NCBI GenBank assembly: GCA_043228905.1 | Contig: JBHGNT010000002.1 | Span: forward strand, 13,950,001-14,014,000 | DNA: 64,000 nucleotides | Source: Azolla caroliniana | Lineage: Eukaryota; Plantae; Polypodiophyta | Direction of reading: 5' to 3' | Part shown: piece by piece, positions 10,676-19,974 of the stretch | Numbering within the stretch: the first letter of the stretch is position 1 | Layout: the number at the start of each line of letters is the position of its first letter | Notes under the pieces: generated by a model | What the model saw: only the letters and a program-made list of their open reading frames with translations | Databases searched by the model: none | What the model was told of the DNA's origin: nothing | Position numbers and translations under genes: made by a program

Positions 10676-13486
10676 TCATTGTTCACCCAAATTGTCCAAA
10701 ATACTTTGTTCCAGAATTTCCACTTGTTCCTCCTGTTGTGGTTGTTGCGGCTGTGCTTGCTGCTGCTGCTGTGGTTGCGGTTGGGCCTGAGGCTGTTCCG
10801 GCTGCTCTATAGGCGGCTGCTCCATTTGTTTCTCTGACTCCGGCTGCTCCGTTTGACTGCTTCCGGTCCGGTCTCCTTCCAGTAACGGTTCCTCATCACT
10901 GAGGTTGACCGTAACCGGTTCTCGTTCTTTCTCTTCCCGGATCCGGGACCTCTCGTAGCTTTCAAATTGGATCTGCGCCTCCAGCCTGTCGTCGTCCAGC
11001 TGAGCTACAAGTTGCCGGACTTGCCCTAGTTGGTCGTCTGCCAAGGCTTGAAAGTCTTCGGCCAGCTCATCTCTTATGCCGGTGAAGTCTTCGGAAGTTA
11101 GCATATAGCAATCATCTCCCTCCTTCCGCCGGTTCTCAACGTCGGCCCGGAGCAATTGGAGTTCTGCCGCGTTCGTGGCCCACTTGGTCCACCATTTGAC
11201 GGAACCGTTGTCAATCAAGCTCTTGGTCTGGTTCAACCAGGCCCGCATGATATCCTGGATGCGACTTGCTCCCATTTGCGCTCTGCTTTCCACCACTTGT
11301 CGCTCCTCCTTCAACTGCTTGATGAGATTAGCCGTATCCTCCGCCTGCTCTCTGTAGCGCGTCAACTGCCCTTGATATATTGTCTGCAGCCTCTGCAGTA
11401 CCTCCGCCGCTCTTTCTTTTTCCGCCTGCTGTTGCCTGAGGAGCTCTGTCCGAACCTTCTCCGCCTCTTCCAACCGTCTCCTGGTTTCCGTTTGTTCCTT
11501 AGCGTATGCCGTTGCGGTCCGATCAACTGCTTGCCGGAGCTCATCTGTCCGTTCCTTGTGCTCCGTTTGCAACCGTTTATACTCCCGGTGCAAGTGCTCA
11601 AATTCCTCCGTTTTTTGTTTGAGCTTGCCGTTGATCTGGCGATGGTTCCGGTCCTCCCGGTCCTTTACCTGCCGGAGTTCCTCTTTCAGGCGCTCTACTT
11701 CTGTTTCGGCATTCCTCCGGAGCCTGTCCTTCTCTTGCAGCATTTTCTCCTTCTCCTCCTTGAGCCGGTCGTACGCTTGGTGGCCTTTCCGTAAGCTCTC
11801 CTCGGCCCGGCGTAGATTCTCAGCAGTCTTTTTGAGTTCTGCCTCCGCTGCCGTCTTCAACTCTCTTTCGCGGCTCCTCAGCGCTTCTTGGGCAGCTAGC
11901 TCATCCTTTAAGTCCGCAAGCTCTTGGGCTTGTGCCGCATTTCTCTCCGGAACGGTTTCCGTTGCCGGGGTCTGATTGCTATGTACAGGTTGATCTGACG
12001 CTTTATTCTGTACATTGCCCGGAGTCACCGGTGCTTGGACTTGTGTTGTCAAAGCCAATTGAGCCATTTCCCTTGTGACCCTGTCCAAGTCTTGTTCAAG
12101 GCTCCGGATTCTGGACCGGGCCGTCTCTAGATCTACGGTTGTGACGAGCAACCGTTCGTTGTGCGCTCTCTCCTCCGCCTCTATGTACTCGACCGCTCCG
12201 GCGATCTGCTCGCCTACCCACCGTAGCCACATGCTACTGGTGCCTTGCTGCTGTACTGGTCCTACTCCTTGGCCGCCGTGTGTGCTGGCTGGGTTCGCCG
12301 GCTGTTGAGTTCCGGTTCTCGCCGTCTCCGGAGCCGTTGGAATGACTTCTTCTATAGAAGCCGACAAGGCCGGTTCCATACGCACCGGTTCCGGTTCCTC
12401 CCTTGTGGTTTGCTCAGGTTGAGTTGGGGGCGTTTCTTCCTCTTGCGGGTACGAACGCTCCCCCGCTGTCCCGACGGTCCTACTTCTTGACCGTCGTTGG
12501 AGGTGCTCTTCTGGCTCCTCCGTTTCCTCTTCCTGTGTAACGGCATGTTTCTGTGCCGTCAAGGGTTTCGGTTCCTTCTGTCCCGGTCGCCGTATGGTTA
12601 TCTTGACGGGTCGGACCGGTGACACCTCCTCCGGTTCTGGGAGCCGTTTCTTCCCTTTCGTCGCCTTCGACGCCAACAGCTGCTGTCGTTTGGACGCCGG
12701 CTTCGAGGTGCTTCCTTCCGATAATCTTGGCCGCTTCTTTGGCTGAACGGTCTCGATCGGCGGCACGAGCAATGTTATCCACTGAGCTACGGCATGCCAC
12801 AGCTTCCGGCCCTTCTTGCCGTCCTTTCCTCGTACCATGTCGATTGCCGTGCACAAACCGTCTGCAATCAACACCGGCCAGTCCACCTTGATCCCTTCAT
12901 AGGTGGCTATGATCATCCCTGCCCGATTTTTGGGCATGACAGGGGGTCGGGGGTACACGTGCCCGTACTCATGGAGCACTCGAGCTATCTCCCTGAATAG
13001 CGGATCTTCGCCGCCCTGCGTTCGATAGCCTTTGCCGGCAACAGAGTACTCACCGAAATATCGGATGAGTTGCTCCGAGGTTGGGTTATCGATCTGAAAG
13101 ATACCTCCCTCCGGAAGGCCTGTTAGCGCACGGATCGCTTCCTCGGTGATGACCTCTGTGGCGAGCTCCTTGATGACCCGGTCGGCTTCTCTGTGCGGTG
13201 GTGCCTCCATGATGGTCAAGAACCCATCCAGTCCGTGTTGCCTGAACCATTTCCTGGCCGCTTCCGACAGCGTTTGTGGTTCCATGTCTGCTTCGAGGTC
13301 GAGGAAAGATGGCGAGGTAGAGTGGTGAAGAGAGTGAGAGCGAGAGAGAGAGCGTTCTGAACGCGGGGGTTCTCTGAGTGCAGGTTCGCGTTTGCTAAGC
13401 TTCCACTGCCTTGGTGCTTCTGTGCTTCTTGGCTCGCGAAAAAAGAAGGTCTCCATGCGCTCTTCTTTTTCTCTGTGCGTCTCCAT
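10676..13486 (-). CDS. Extra ORF (~936 aa from first ATG) of the gypsy element: N-terminal plant-transposon/PMD-like segment, basic NLS, long coiled coil
   Basis: Open frame 10676-13570 in the same sense as gag-pol and downstream of it. Motifs ITEEAIRALTGLPEGG, VDWPVLI and KKRPR, then a heptad-rich E/K/R/Q region. Decayed homologue at 23311-26941. Confidence 0.9.
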   Translation of the reverse strand: METHREKEERMETFFFREPRSTEAPRQWKLSKREPALREPPRSERSLSRSHSLHHSTSPSFLDLEADMEPQTLSEAARKWFRQHGLDGFLTIMEAPPHREADRVIKELATEVITEEAIRALTGLPEGGIFQIDNPTSEQLIRYFGEYSVAGKGYRTQGGEDPLFREIARVLHEYGHVYPRPPVMPKNRAGMIIATYEGIKVDWPVLIADGLCTAIDMVRGKDGKKGRKLWHAVAQWITLLVPPIETVQPKKRPRLSEGSTSKPASKRQQLLASKATKGKKRLPEPEEVSPVRPVKITIRRPGQKEPKPLTAQKHAVTQEEETEEPEEHLQRRSRSRTVGTAGERSYPQEEETPPTQPEQTTREEPEPVRMEPALSASIEEVIPTAPETARTGTQQPANPASTHGGQGVGPVQQQGTSSMWLRWVGEQIAGAVEYIEAEERAHNERLLVTTVDLETARSRIRSLEQDLDRVTREMAQLALTTQVQAPVTPGNVQNKASDQPVHSNQTPATETVPERNAAQAQELADLKDELAAQEALRSRERELKTAAEAELKKTAENLRRAEESLRKGHQAYDRLKEEKEKMLQEKDRLRRNAETEVERLKEELRQVKDREDRNHRQINGKLKQKTEEFEHLHREYKRLQTEHKERTDELRQAVDRTATAYAKEQTETRRRLEEAEKVRTELLRQQQAEKERAAEVLQRLQTIYQGQLTRYREQAEDTANLIKQLKEERQVVESRAQMGASRIQDIMRAWLNQTKSLIDNGSVKWWTKWATNAAELQLLRADVENRRKEGDDCYMLTSEDFTGIRDELAEDFQALADDQLGQVRQLVAQLDDDRLEAQIQFESYERSRIREEKEREPVTVNLSDEEPLLEGDRTGSSQTEQPESEKQMEQPPIEQPEQPQAQPQPQQQQQAQPQQPQQEEQVEILEQSILDNLGEQ

Positions 13487-13593
13487 GCGCACGTCGTGTA
13501 CCGATTTAGTATTAAGTAACGTGGCGGCTCTTAAATGCCCACTACGTACCTTTTCGCTCCTTGCTTTCACGCCCGTTCATACCTCGATTTTTA

Positions 13594-13597
<4 letters not shown>

Positions 13598-13633
<36 letters not shown>
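13598..13633 (-). repeat. A36 homopolymer (sense strand) between pol and the extra ORF
   Basis: 36 T on the plus strand. Confidence 0.9.
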
Positions 13634-13636
<3 letters not shown>

Positions 13637-13686
13637 GACGGTATGTGATCTTACACATCCGTAGGTCCCTTCGGACCCTTACCGTT

Positions 13687-16600
13687 TTACTTACGGGTTG
13701 CCGTGTCTTCCTTCGCCTCTGCTACGGGTTCCCCGTCGTCTTTTTCTTCCATCCGTACCGTTCCCGGTATAGTGCCGGTGGTCTGCACAAACGGGTTCTT
13801 TGGCATCGGTCCTTTATAGGGCTTTAATCTAAATCCGTTGACCCACTTGCCTAGTACTTCACCGGCAAGTGTCCCTAACTGATAGGACCCGTTGTATTCC
13901 CGTGTCAGCCAATACGGGCCTGTCCATCTGAACCGGAGTTTACCCGGCATCTTGCCCATCCTTGTTTGGAATACTAGCACCGGCTTTCCGATTTCGAACA
14001 TCTTTTCATTACCTTTCCGGTGACGGTCAACGAACGCTTTCCGTCGTCGTTGCTCCAGTTCCATGTGTAGGATGCTGGCCAGCCGTTGCTCCTCCAGTTC
14101 GCATAGTGCTGCTAGCCGCCTTTCCTCCGACTCCTTTTCATTCAGCCGTTCCCGTAGTTGGATCCGTAAGCTTGGAACCTGAAACTCCACCGGCATGACC
14201 GCCTCTAAGCCGAACGCTAGCCGGAACGGTGTTGTCCGGATACTTGTTTTGTATGCCGTTCGGTACGCCCATAGCGCGCTATGGAGCTTTGTATCCCAGT
14301 CCGTCCGGTTGTCATTGACGATTTTGCGGAGAATGTTCTGCAGCGTTTTGTTGATGGACTCTGCTAACCCGTTTGCTTGGGGGTAGTACGGTGTGCTCCG
14401 TTTATGGACCACGGCATAGAACGTTGTTAAGCTTTCCACTACCTGGCCGAGGAAGTGCCCTCCTTGGTCGCTGATTAATTCAATCGGACATCCATATCGG
14501 CACCAAATGTTCTCGTACAGGAATTTTGCTGTGGATGACGTGGTATTGTCTCTCAAGGCCTTAGCCTCCACCCATTTAGTGCAATAATCTGTTGCCACGA
14601 TGACATAACGATTACCCGTTCTCATTGCCGGTGGCTTGAACGGTCCGACAAAATCCAACCCCCACTTCTGGAATGGCTCTAGTGGAAGTACCGGTTGGTG
14701 TGGCATCCGTGCTTGCTCCGTAGGCTGGCCCATTCGTTGGCATAGGTCACATTCCTTAGCATACTTGACAGCGTCTTTTAACGTCGTGGGCCACCATAAG
14801 CCGCTCTGCCATACTTTCCTTGCCGTCGCTTCCCCGGCATAGTGTCCTCCGGCAACCCCACAGTGTGCTTCCCGTAAGATTACTTCTTTCTCGTCACTAC
14901 GGACTGCCCGTCTCCATATTCCATCTGCTCCTTTGTGGTAGAGAGTGTCCCGTAACAGACAGAAATTGCGGCTCTGCACCGCCAGTCGTTTCCTCTCGTC
15001 CCGGTTCATTTCCTCCGGTGGCAGGCCCGTGCTTAGGAACTGGTGCATGTTTGTCAGCCACCTATCTTCTGATGCCACCGTGTCGTCCGCTGCCGTTTCC
15101 GGGGTGATACGGAATAACTCTGCGTCCGGGAATTCATCCGCTACTCCGTCGCCTGATTCTCCGGACTCTAACCGGCTCAGATAGTCTGCTACGGCATGCT
15201 GGATACCGGGCTGGTGGAAAATCTCGAATTCGAACTCCTGCAACAGCAAGGTCCAACGGGCCAACTTACCGGTCAGGGACGCCTTGGACACTAAGTACAG
15301 GAGCGCCGAGTGATCCACATGAAAGGAGAACTTCCTTCCCAATAGGTAATGACGAAACTTTGTGACACTGTAGATCATGCCCAGGGCCTCCCGTTCCGTC
15401 GTCGAATAGTTCTTCTCCGCTTGGGACAGCTTCCGGCTGGCGTAATATACCGGCCGGTACCATTTAGGCTCCGTAAGTTGCATTAAGGCGCTGTCGATAG
15501 CGATGTCGGACGCGTCAACGAACACGTGAAATTCCTTGCTCCAATCCGGAGGCTGCACGACGGGTGCTTGCGACAAAAGTACCTTCAGGGCATTGTATGC
15601 CTTATCCTCCGTATCCGTCCATTGGAACGGTGTCCGATGTACCGCGGTGTGTAATGGTGTAGCCAAGTCAGCCAAGTGACGGAGCATCCGGCTGTGCCAC
15701 CGGATCTGTCCTAAGAATCGGCTGAGTGCTTTGGCTGTTTTCGGCGCCGGTGCCCCTAGTATCGCGTTTACTTTGTCCGGGTCGACCGCAATGCCCTCCT
15801 TACTTACAATGTGTCCCAGCAATATCCCACTTGAAACTCCAAAGATGCATTTTGCTGGGTTTAAGCTTAGCCGGTATAACCTACACTTTTCAAGGCATAA
15901 CCGTAGGTGCTGCAAATGGTCTTTTCCCCGGCTATAGACTGCAAAATCATCCAGGAAAACTTGCATGAAGGCAGGAATGTATTCGCCGAAGATCTCCATG
16001 ATGATTCGCTGGAAAGTTGCTGGTGCCGTTTTTAGGCCGAACATCATTACTTCGGCCACAAACACCCCCCATTCGGTGACGAACGCTGTCTTCTCCTGGT
16101 CGTCAGGGTGCATCCGGATTTGATTGTAACCACTGAACCCGTCTAGAAAGCTATAAACCTCATGGCCGGCGACAGCATCCAGTACTCCATCCGTGAACGG
16201 AAGAGGGAATGCATCCGTAATTGTGGCTGCATTTAGTTTCCGGTAATCTACACACACACGGATTTTACCGTTCTTCTTTGGGATGACGACGATGGGGCTC
16301 AGCCACGTCGCTTTCTTTACCGGCCGGATGAAGCCCACTCTTAGGAGTTTGTCGATTTCCTCCTTCACTTTGGCGGCGTAGTTGGGGTTCATTCGGTAAC
16401 GTCTTTGCGCCACTGGTTTCGCGTCCTTGCCTAAGTGGATCTGATGCTGATATAATTGAGGGTCCAGCCCTTGCATGTCTTCGTATGACCAGGCGAATAC
16501 GTCGCGAAACTCCGTGAGAAGTTTGATCATCGCCGCTTTATCTTCCGGCTTCATTTCTTTGGCGATGTGTACCGGCTTTGATTCGTCCTTGCTTCCTAGG

Positions 16601-19497
16601 TTCACTTCGTCGAGCTGGGATATTTTTACCCGTTGGGAAACGGCCATTTCCCGTTCCAATGCTTCCTGTGCTTGCCGTAATTCCTGAATCGCATCTTTGT
16701 CTGGTTCGGCTTTGGTGTCGTCCCGCTGCGGCAAGTATGGCGCTACGGCTTCAGCTACGTCAATCTCGAAGAGTGGTACGATCTTCGGGTGTTCCTCCAA
16801 GTACTGGGCTTCTTCGTCGTCTGCCAATCCTTCAAGCATGTTCACGCATTCCGCATACAGCGGTGTGCATTCCTTACCGTTGCTCGTCCGTGGTTGTGTC
16901 GGTACCCGGACCTTGGCTTTTCCGCGCCGGAAGGTAATCATATTTTTCCGCCAATTTTGCTTGATGTGTGCTGTTTTCAACCATGGTCTGCCCAGCAACA
17001 GTGGATACGCGCCTTGCGCCTGTAGCTGCAGCACTACAACCGAGATGTGAAATGTGTGACATCCTATGGTGACCTCCAATTTCCGTATTAAGCCCGTCGG
17101 CCGTACAGAGCTCGTATCCGCCATCCGTAGCCAGAACGGGCATGGCTCCCATTCATGTATACCCAAGGCATCACACGTGCGGAGGCTTATTACGTTCACC
17201 CCGGAACCTCCATCGATTACGGTGCCGGGAAGTTCGTGCCCTTTGACAATAGCTGTAATCACCGGACTACTAGTGTCCACCACCGTCGGTCCCTCCTCCG
17301 GATTCGAGAAAAGGACTGGTGCCGGTGGGGCTATACCGTCTGTCATGACCATTTTTAGCCCTTCCGTAAATCGCGGCACGAGCTGTAAGAGTCTTCCTAA
17401 TGGCAACGTGATCTGACATTCTTGCAGTGCTTGCCAGGTCTCGTTTTCTGGGTGGCAACCGCCGGCACTCCCTATGGTATTCGCCTTTTGCCGTTCCGCG
17501 TCCGCGACATTCCTTTCATTGGCTTCCTTCACCCATTCCGTCGCCTGTTTTCGTATGGCCTCTTGTGTTTCCCACTCTTTGGCCATGCCTTTCGACCGTG
17601 TGGTTACTTGCTGTAAATCCGCCACTTCCGGAACCACCATATTAACTGCTGGTCGTTTATCGTAGCTCTTTGCCGGGCACTGGTTACTGTAGTGGCCTTC
17701 CTGCCTGCAGTAATAGCAGTACTCTTTACCGGTATTGCTGGATTCAGCTTTGCTGGTATCCGGAGTCGGTCCCGTAGTGAGTGGTGCGTTCTGTGCGGGT
17801 TGGCTCCTTGGGGTTCCATGTTCCGGGTCCCTAGTGTGACCACCTTTCTTGAAATTCCGTTTCTTATTATTCTTATTTTTATTTCGGTAGTCCGGTCGTG
17901 GTGGATCGTAAAATCGGCCGTAGTCCTCCTGGTGCCTTCGGTAACCAGGGGAATGGTCTCTGTCGTATTGCTCGTGTCGTCTGTTGGGCTCCCGATAACG
18001 GTCCGATCGCTCATACCGGTCGTAGTTATCACGCCGATTCCCGTACTGGCCATCATTCTCTTGCCTGTCTCCGTACCGGACATCCTGTGCCGGTGGGTAC
18101 CGGTTCATTCTTTGCCAACGATCGTCATCTTCGTCTCGGCTGCTTCTTGGCTCGATCCGTCGGACGGGTGGTGCTTGTCGGTTTAACAGGTTATACTCGC
18201 ACCGGTCCATTGTATGACTCTTGGATTGACAAATCACACACTGGGTTCGCATGGTGCATTCCACTGCCGAGTGTCCGGCATTCAAGCAGATTGTGCATTG
18301 AATTGCCTGCCGGAACCGGAGATCTTCCTCGGTGGGTAGCGCCCGTTGCAGTGTTCCCAGTGTAAGCCATGAGCTTGACTTTTCCATTTCTCTGACCCGG
18401 TCAATGACCTGGTCAATGGTGCTTCCTCGAAAGTCGATTACCGTACACACCGTGCGTAACGGTTCCCGGAGTGCGTTTAAAAATATCGTCCGTAATTCCT
18501 CCTCCGGGGGTGCACGGGCAAGCTGGCTATGCATTCGTTGGAAACGGATGACGAATTGGGGAATGCTTTCCCCGGCCTCCTGTCGGATCGTATAAAATAG
18601 GCCCACCATTGTCGTCTGGTCGACCTCCTTGTGGAAAAAATGCAAGAATTTTGCTTTTAATTCTGCAAAGGTTGTGATGGTCGCCGGGTCCTGCGTCTGC
18701 CGCCATCGTGTCGCTGGTCCTTCCAACGTGACCACGAACTCCGCTATCTTCGAGCGTTCTTCTTCCTCCGGTGTCATTCGCTGGGACGTGTGATTTGCTT
18801 CCCATGTCTGCTCGAAGGCATGAACATGCGCTTCCGCGTCCGGATCATCGCGATACTTTGAGTATTGGAACGGCATGTCGTCGTCCAGTATTAGGCCGCG
18901 GTTTAGTGGCGTTTGTTGATATCTTTCCGGTTTTCTCTCCGGTTCCACTTCCGGTTCTTGTGCCGGTGCTTTTTCCGGTTCCTTTTCCGGCTCTTCTTCC
19001 GGTACCTTTGCCGGCTCTTTCGTTGGTGTCGGTGGCTTTGCTTCTTCCACTTCCGGTGTTGGTGGGTTGACGGCTTCCGTTTGCGGTTCCAGATAGCCCT
19101 GGTTGAGCGGTTCCGGTTCTGGAGTCGGCACGGTATCCGACCCGTCGTCCTCTGGGCCGCCGGGGGTATCGTTGCTGCTCCGGTAGTTCGTGTGCACGCT
19201 GTATCCCCCTTCGGAATCCGATTCGTAGGCTGAAAAGGCTTCTGCCTCGTTTTCTCCGCTTGCCAGCGCCTCGAGGAGGCGTTCGGTTTCCCGGAGACTA
19301 CTTAGACTGCTTTCGTCGTCCTGGTCGCGAGTTTGCCGTAACCGAAGAGATTCCTCCGCGACTCTCCGGATCTCGTTGGAGAACGAACGATCTGAGCGAA
19401 TTTCGTGCGCTGCTTGCTGGAAAGTCTCACGCCGTCTTTGCCGTTCGGCGAGGCGTCGAGCTCGGTCTGTAACCAGGTCGTGCGTTGGTCTCGTCAT
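13687..19497 (-). CDS. Gag-Pol polyprotein (gag with 3 CCHC knuckles, PR, RT, RH, INT), 1936 aa
   Basis: Single ORF with PR VIDGGSGVN, RT VCVDYRKLN/LDGFSGYNQI/FLDDF, RH VDASD...EREAL...VDH, INT HHCC plus LDF..SDQG..GLAES, and WTGPY. Gypsy domain order. Confidence 0.97.
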   Translation of the reverse strand: MTRPTHDLVTDRARRLAERQRRRETFQQAAHEIRSDRSFSNEIRRVAEESLRLRQTRDQDDESSLSSLRETERLLEALASGENEAEAFSAYESDSEGGYSVHTNYRSSNDTPGGPEDDGSDTVPTPEPEPLNQGYLEPQTEAVNPPTPEVEEAKPPTPTKEPAKVPEEEPEKEPEKAPAQEPEVEPERKPERYQQTPLNRGLILDDDMPFQYSKYRDDPDAEAHVHAFEQTWEANHTSQRMTPEEEERSKIAEFVVTLEGPATRWRQTQDPATITTFAELKAKFLHFFHKEVDQTTMVGLFYTIRQEAGESIPQFVIRFQRMHSQLARAPPEEELRTIFLNALREPLRTVCTVIDFRGSTIDQVIDRVREMEKSSSWLTLGTLQRALPTEEDLRFRQAIQCTICLNAGHSAVECTMRTQCVICQSKSHTMDRCEYNLLNRQAPPVRRIEPRSSRDEDDDRWQRMNRYPPAQDVRYGDRQENDGQYGNRRDNYDRYERSDRYREPNRRHEQYDRDHSPGYRRHQEDYGRFYDPPRPDYRNKNKNNKKRNFKKGGHTRDPEHGTPRSQPAQNAPLTTGPTPDTSKAESSNTGKEYCYYCRQEGHYSNQCPAKSYDKRPAVNMVVPEVADLQQVTTRSKGMAKEWETQEAIRKQATEWVKEANERNVADAERQKANTIGSAGGCHPENETWQALQECQITLPLGRLLQLVPRFTEGLKMVMTDGIAPPAPVLFSNPEEGPTVVDTSSPVITAIVKGHELPGTVIDGGSGVNVISLRTCDALGIHEWEPCPFWLRMADTSSVRPTGLIRKLEVTIGCHTFHISVVVLQLQAQGAYPLLLGRPWLKTAHIKQNWRKNMITFRRGKAKVRVPTQPRTSNGKECTPLYAECVNMLEGLADDEEAQYLEEHPKIVPLFEIDVAEAVAPYLPQRDDTKAEPDKDAIQELRQAQEALEREMAVSQRVKISQLDEVNLGSKDESKPVHIAKEMKPEDKAAMIKLLTEFRDVFAWSYEDMQGLDPQLYQHQIHLGKDAKPVAQRRYRMNPNYAAKVKEEIDKLLRVGFIRPVKKATWLSPIVVIPKKNGKIRVCVDYRKLNAATITDAFPLPFTDGVLDAVAGHEVYSFLDGFSGYNQIRMHPDDQEKTAFVTEWGVFVAEVMMFGLKTAPATFQRIIMEIFGEYIPAFMQVFLDDFAVYSRGKDHLQHLRLCLEKCRLYRLSLNPAKCIFGVSSGILLGHIVSKEGIAVDPDKVNAILGAPAPKTAKALSRFLGQIRWHSRMLRHLADLATPLHTAVHRTPFQWTDTEDKAYNALKVLLSQAPVVQPPDWSKEFHVFVDASDIAIDSALMQLTEPKWYRPVYYASRKLSQAEKNYSTTEREALGMIYSVTKFRHYLLGRKFSFHVDHSALLYLVSKASLTGKLARWTLLLQEFEFEIFHQPGIQHAVADYLSRLESGESGDGVADEFPDAELFRITPETAADDTVASEDRWLTNMHQFLSTGLPPEEMNRDERKRLAVQSRNFCLLRDTLYHKGADGIWRRAVRSDEKEVILREAHCGVAGGHYAGEATARKVWQSGLWWPTTLKDAVKYAKECDLCQRMGQPTEQARMPHQPVLPLEPFQKWGLDFVGPFKPPAMRTGNRYVIVATDYCTKWVEAKALRDNTTSSTAKFLYENIWCRYGCPIELISDQGGHFLGQVVESLTTFYAVVHKRSTPYYPQANGLAESINKTLQNILRKIVNDNRTDWDTKLHSALWAYRTAYKTSIRTTPFRLAFGLEAVMPVEFQVPSLRIQLRERLNEKESEERRLAALCELEEQRLASILHMELEQRRRKAFVDRHRKGNEKMFEIGKPVLVFQTRMGKMPGKLRFRWTGPYWLTREYNGSYQLGTLAGEVLGKWVNGFRLKPYKGPMPKNPFVQTTGTIPGTVRMEEKDDGEPVAEAKEDTATRK

Positions 19498-19532
19498 CCA
19501 TTAAGCCGTCGTTCGCTGCGAGAAAGCAGGAA

Positions 19533-19544
19533 TCGTGGTCGCCA
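19533..19544 (-). promoter_or_regulatory. Primer-binding site (tRNA-Arg, probably UCG)
   Basis: TGGCGACCACGA, 6 nt after the 5' LTR; the same motif occurs at 28792-28801 and in degenerate form near 43035-43044 and 62238-62248. Confidence 0.8.
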
Positions 19545-19550
19545 AAACTG

Positions 19551-19969
19551 TGTTATTCTCTGACCGGACAAGGCCTAACACAAGGTGTCACGGAGACACT
19601 TCACCAAAGGGTGATTACGGTATAGGATTAAGATTCAACGATTACACCGACTTACGTAGGTTACACAATTAGAATGCTTTGGTTAATTACACGCGTAAGA
19701 TATAACAGTAATTACAGAACGGAAATCAACACAGAAGTATAAACACCATATGCTCTATTAATTATCCGCTGCGATTACAATGGGGTCCGGGCCTTTAAAT
19801 AGGTTTCCGGCCCGTAGTACAAAACGGTGCCCATCGCACCTATTCGGGATCCGTCCGGATCTGGAACGGCATACCGTTTCCAGTCCGTCCGTCCACACTA
19901 TTCCTATTTACAACCACACTTAATTAATTCCTTCACTCCGTATTTTGGACTCCTTGCCGGCCGGTAACA
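19551..19969 (-). repeat. 5' LTR of intact gypsy element
   Basis: Matches 10205-10623. Confidence 0.97.
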
Positions 19970-19974
19970 GAGTC

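Larger units (their letters stand above)
10205..19969 (-). mobile_element. Intact Athila-like (non-chromovirus Ty3/gypsy) LTR retrotransposon with a 3' extra ORF
   Basis: LTRs at 10205-10623 and 19551-19969 (419 bp, TGTTA...TAACA, no difference seen by eye). TSD GAGTC at 10200-10204 and 19970-19974. PBS TGGCGACCAC at 19535-19544 (minus). Uninterrupted gag-pol and extra ORF; no chromodomain or additional RNase H seen. Confidence 0.97.

Noticed and set aside
10660-10677. Purine-rich GAAGGGGCCAAGAAGGG (minus) as the PPT
   Set aside because: About 40 nt from the LTR, interrupted, and poorly conserved in the sister element; a PPT must adjoin the LTR. Kept only as an alternative to test.
10676-13570. 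Calling the extra ORF an envelope gene
   Set aside because: The position fits, but no signal peptide or transmembrane segment is visible and the protein is highly charged.
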